DNA of 64,000 nt from Leucoraja ocellata (taxonomy: Eukaryota). The notes under the pieces are model-generated. The model made no database searches. It was not told the origin of the DNA and saw only the letters and a list, made by a program, of their open reading frames with translations. The translations under genes and the position numbers were made by a program. Below are positions 61,519 through 64,000 of this stretch, in pieces (the first letter of the stretch is position 1; each line of letters opens with the position of its first letter). The stretch lies in NCBI GenBank assembly GCA_036785375.1, contig JAWMAR010000100.1, positions 248,001 through 312,000 of the forward strand. The letters are read 5' to 3'.

Positions 61519-61559
61519 TATTGTTATAACAGTGACTTTCCTTGCAACAGATAAACAGC

Positions 61560-62497
61560 AGCCCTACGTAGCCAACCACAGTGCGAACTCCATCATCAAG
61601 TTCGCTGACGACACCACTATTGTGGGGTGTATCACTGATGGGGATGAGGCAGAATATAGAAGGGAGATCGAGCAACTGTCCATATGGTGCCAGCGCAATA
61701 ACCTGGCCCTCAACACCAGCAAAACCAAGGAACTGTTTGTGGACTTTGGAAGGAGTAGGAGGGGGACCCACAGCCCCATTTATATCAACGAGTCGATGGT
61801 TGAAAGGGTCAAGAGCATCAAATTCCTGGGCGTGCACATCTCTGAAGATCTTTCCTGGTCCGAGAACACTAAAGCAATTATCAAAAAAGCTCATCAGCGC
61901 CTCTACTTCCTGAGAATGTTACGGAGACTCGGTTTGTCAAGGAAGACTCTCTCTAACTTCTACAGGTGCACAGTAGAGAGCATGCTGACCGGTTGCATCG
62001 TGGCTTGGTTCGGCAATTTGAGCGCCCTGGAGAGGAAAAGACTACAAAAAGTAGTAAACACTGCCCAGTCCATCATCGACTCTGATCTTCCTTCCATCGA
62101 GGGGATTTATCGCAGTCGCTGCCTCAAAAAGGCTGGCAGCATCATCAAAGACCCACACCATCCTGGCCACACACTCATCTCCCTGCTACCTTCAGGTAGA
62201 AGGTACAGGAGCCTGAAGACTGCAACAACCAGGTTCAGGAATAGCTACTTCCCCACAGCCATCAGGCTATTAAACCTGGCTCGGACAAAACTCTGATTAT
62301 TAATAACCACTTTCTGCTATTTGCACTATCAGTTTATTTATTCATGTGTTTATATATTTATATCATGGTATATGGACACATTTATCTGTTTTGTAGTAAA
62401 TGCCTACTATTTTCTGCGTGCTTAAACAAAGCAAGAATTTCATTGTCCTATACAGGGAGACATGACAATAAACTCACTTGAACTTGAACTTGAACTT
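61560..62497 (+). mobile_element. Rex1/Babar-type LINE 3' part (different subfamily), uninterrupted RT ORF 61508..62296, (CTTGAA)n tail
   Basis: IIKFADDTTIVG, WCQRNNLALNTSKTKE, KFLGVHISEDLSW, SGRRYRSL. Confidence 0.92.
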
Positions 62498-62678
62498 AAA
62501 TGCGCTACTCTCATTAAACCAGTTGCTGGAAGCAAACAGACTGTTATGTGTCTGTTACATGTAAAGACCCATTGTCCTGGTGGCGGCACTGGGTCAGTGT
62601 TGCAGGGGTTGGCCTGGCCTGGTGATGCTGTCAGTGTCCTCGCCACTGGTCTACCTCTCCATAATGCTGGAGGCCATG

Positions 62679-62833
62679 GTTACACAGAAAAGCTGGAGAA
62701 ACTCAGCGGGTGCAGCAGCATCTATGGAGCGAAGGAAATAGGCAACGTTTCGGGCCGAAACCCTTCTTCAGACTGATCGGGGGTGGGGGTGGGTGGGGAC
62801 AAGAAAGGGAAAAGGAGGAGTAGCCAGAGGCTA
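62679..62833 (-). mobile_element. Penelope pLTR mini-element with intact hammerhead core, 12-bp TSD
   Basis: Reverse complement gatcagt CTGAAGA AGGGTTTCGGCCC GAAACGTT; ctggaggccatg at 62667-62678 and 62834-62845 (again at 62846-62857). Confidence 0.85.
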
Positions 62834-64000
62834 CTGGAGGCCATGCTGGAGGCCATGTCTGATCCGCTCGCTCGGCCTCAGTGGAGACGCCAGTGATGCC
62901 TGATCCACATGATCTCCTGGATTGCGCAGGGCATCCAGCAGCCCACTTCAACCACACCTCCACCCACGGACACACTGTCCCCTCGCCTCCCACAGCTACC
63001 ACGCAGCCTCCATGCCCCGGGCACCTCACATGGCCAACCATTGAACCCCCAGAGAGCCTCCAAGGGCACTGGAGGTGAGCCCACAGCTCACTCATTTCTG
63101 AAGTCATATGCAATTATAAATGTTACAATTATGTTTCAAATGCAGATTATTACATATAAATCAGATCTCATTTTGCATTAGCACCATGTGATCCAGAATT
63201 GATGCTACGAGGAGTAAATCATGTTAGCAATTATTTCCAGATGAAACTACGGCAGTTGAAAAAAATGGACCAGGTAACACTGATCACAATCCACATCAAT
63301 ATTTGGTTTAGTTTAGTTTAGTGTCACGTGGATTCACTGAACCGTTGTACCTGTCTATAATTGTGCTTATCTATAGTATAATTTTATTGGATCGTATGCC
63401 AAAGAAAGAATTTCACTGTACCTAGGAACGTGACAAAATGCCATTGAATCATTAAATCATTGATTGATCTCAACACCAATGTAGCACAATGTAATAGAAC
63501 AGACATGAGGTTGACAAGGGAATGGTGTAAAAATCACCCAGCTTGTTTGTATCACATGTTGCAGAGGACGCCTGTCTTCCCTAATGATCTCAGGCTGAAA
63601 ACACATTCCAGTGTTTGCTTTGTTGTGGTGGTGATGTTTCAGCACTCATTTGTACAACAGGAGCTTAACTGGCTGTGTGAAGTGTGTGTCTAGGATTGTA
63701 ATATGACTGTACCAGCTGGCCTGGTGACAGAATGATTAGTTGACTATTTAATTGTTGTCAATTACTTTGTTAATTAATTAATTCATTAAAGCTTATTCAT
63801 GGCATTACTTTAGCAATTAGCACCTTTTTCAGGTAGACAAAATGTGGAATGTAAAGTGGCAGAGCCCCTACTGTGCAGCAGATGATAAGGTCAAAAAGTT
63901 CAACATTTTTCCTCATGCACTAATTTTAGAAAACACCAAATCTTGATTTACAAATTCTCATAGGTACCTAGTTTGGCTAAGATCTGCTGTCACATACGAG

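Overview
Eukaryotic, transposon-dense vertebrate DNA, most consistent with an elasmobranch (skate/ray/shark) because HE1-type V-SINEs and HER1/CR1-type LINEs co-occur. I could not support any host protein-coding exon, so the window looks intergenic or like a large intron. Every recognisable ORF is retroelement-derived: CR1 ORF2 (EN/RT) pieces, Rex1/Babar-type RT 3' ends, and Penelope GIY-YIG ends. The window also holds PIF/Harbinger-type MITEs, a non-autonomous Helitron, a TA-flanked Tc1/mariner(pogo/Tigger)-type element and two assembly gaps. Main points of interest: (1) about 15-20 Penelope-derived pLTR pieces, many with a minimal hammerhead core (CUGAAGA-A-stem II-GAAA-C-GUH), occurring as tiny 11-12 bp TSD-flanked insertions, palindromic pairs and a tandem dimer; (2) a GC-rich non-coding retro-element family with no tRNA head, a Rex1-like tail and a sequence-variable but structure-conserved hairpin; (3) a DNA transposon carrying a tRNA(CAT)-like cassette and nested repeats; (4) a CpG-retaining island at about 12.6-13.9 kb with a 62-bp inverted duplication. 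Boundaries of degenerate elements are approximate, and family names come from recalled motifs, not database searches.
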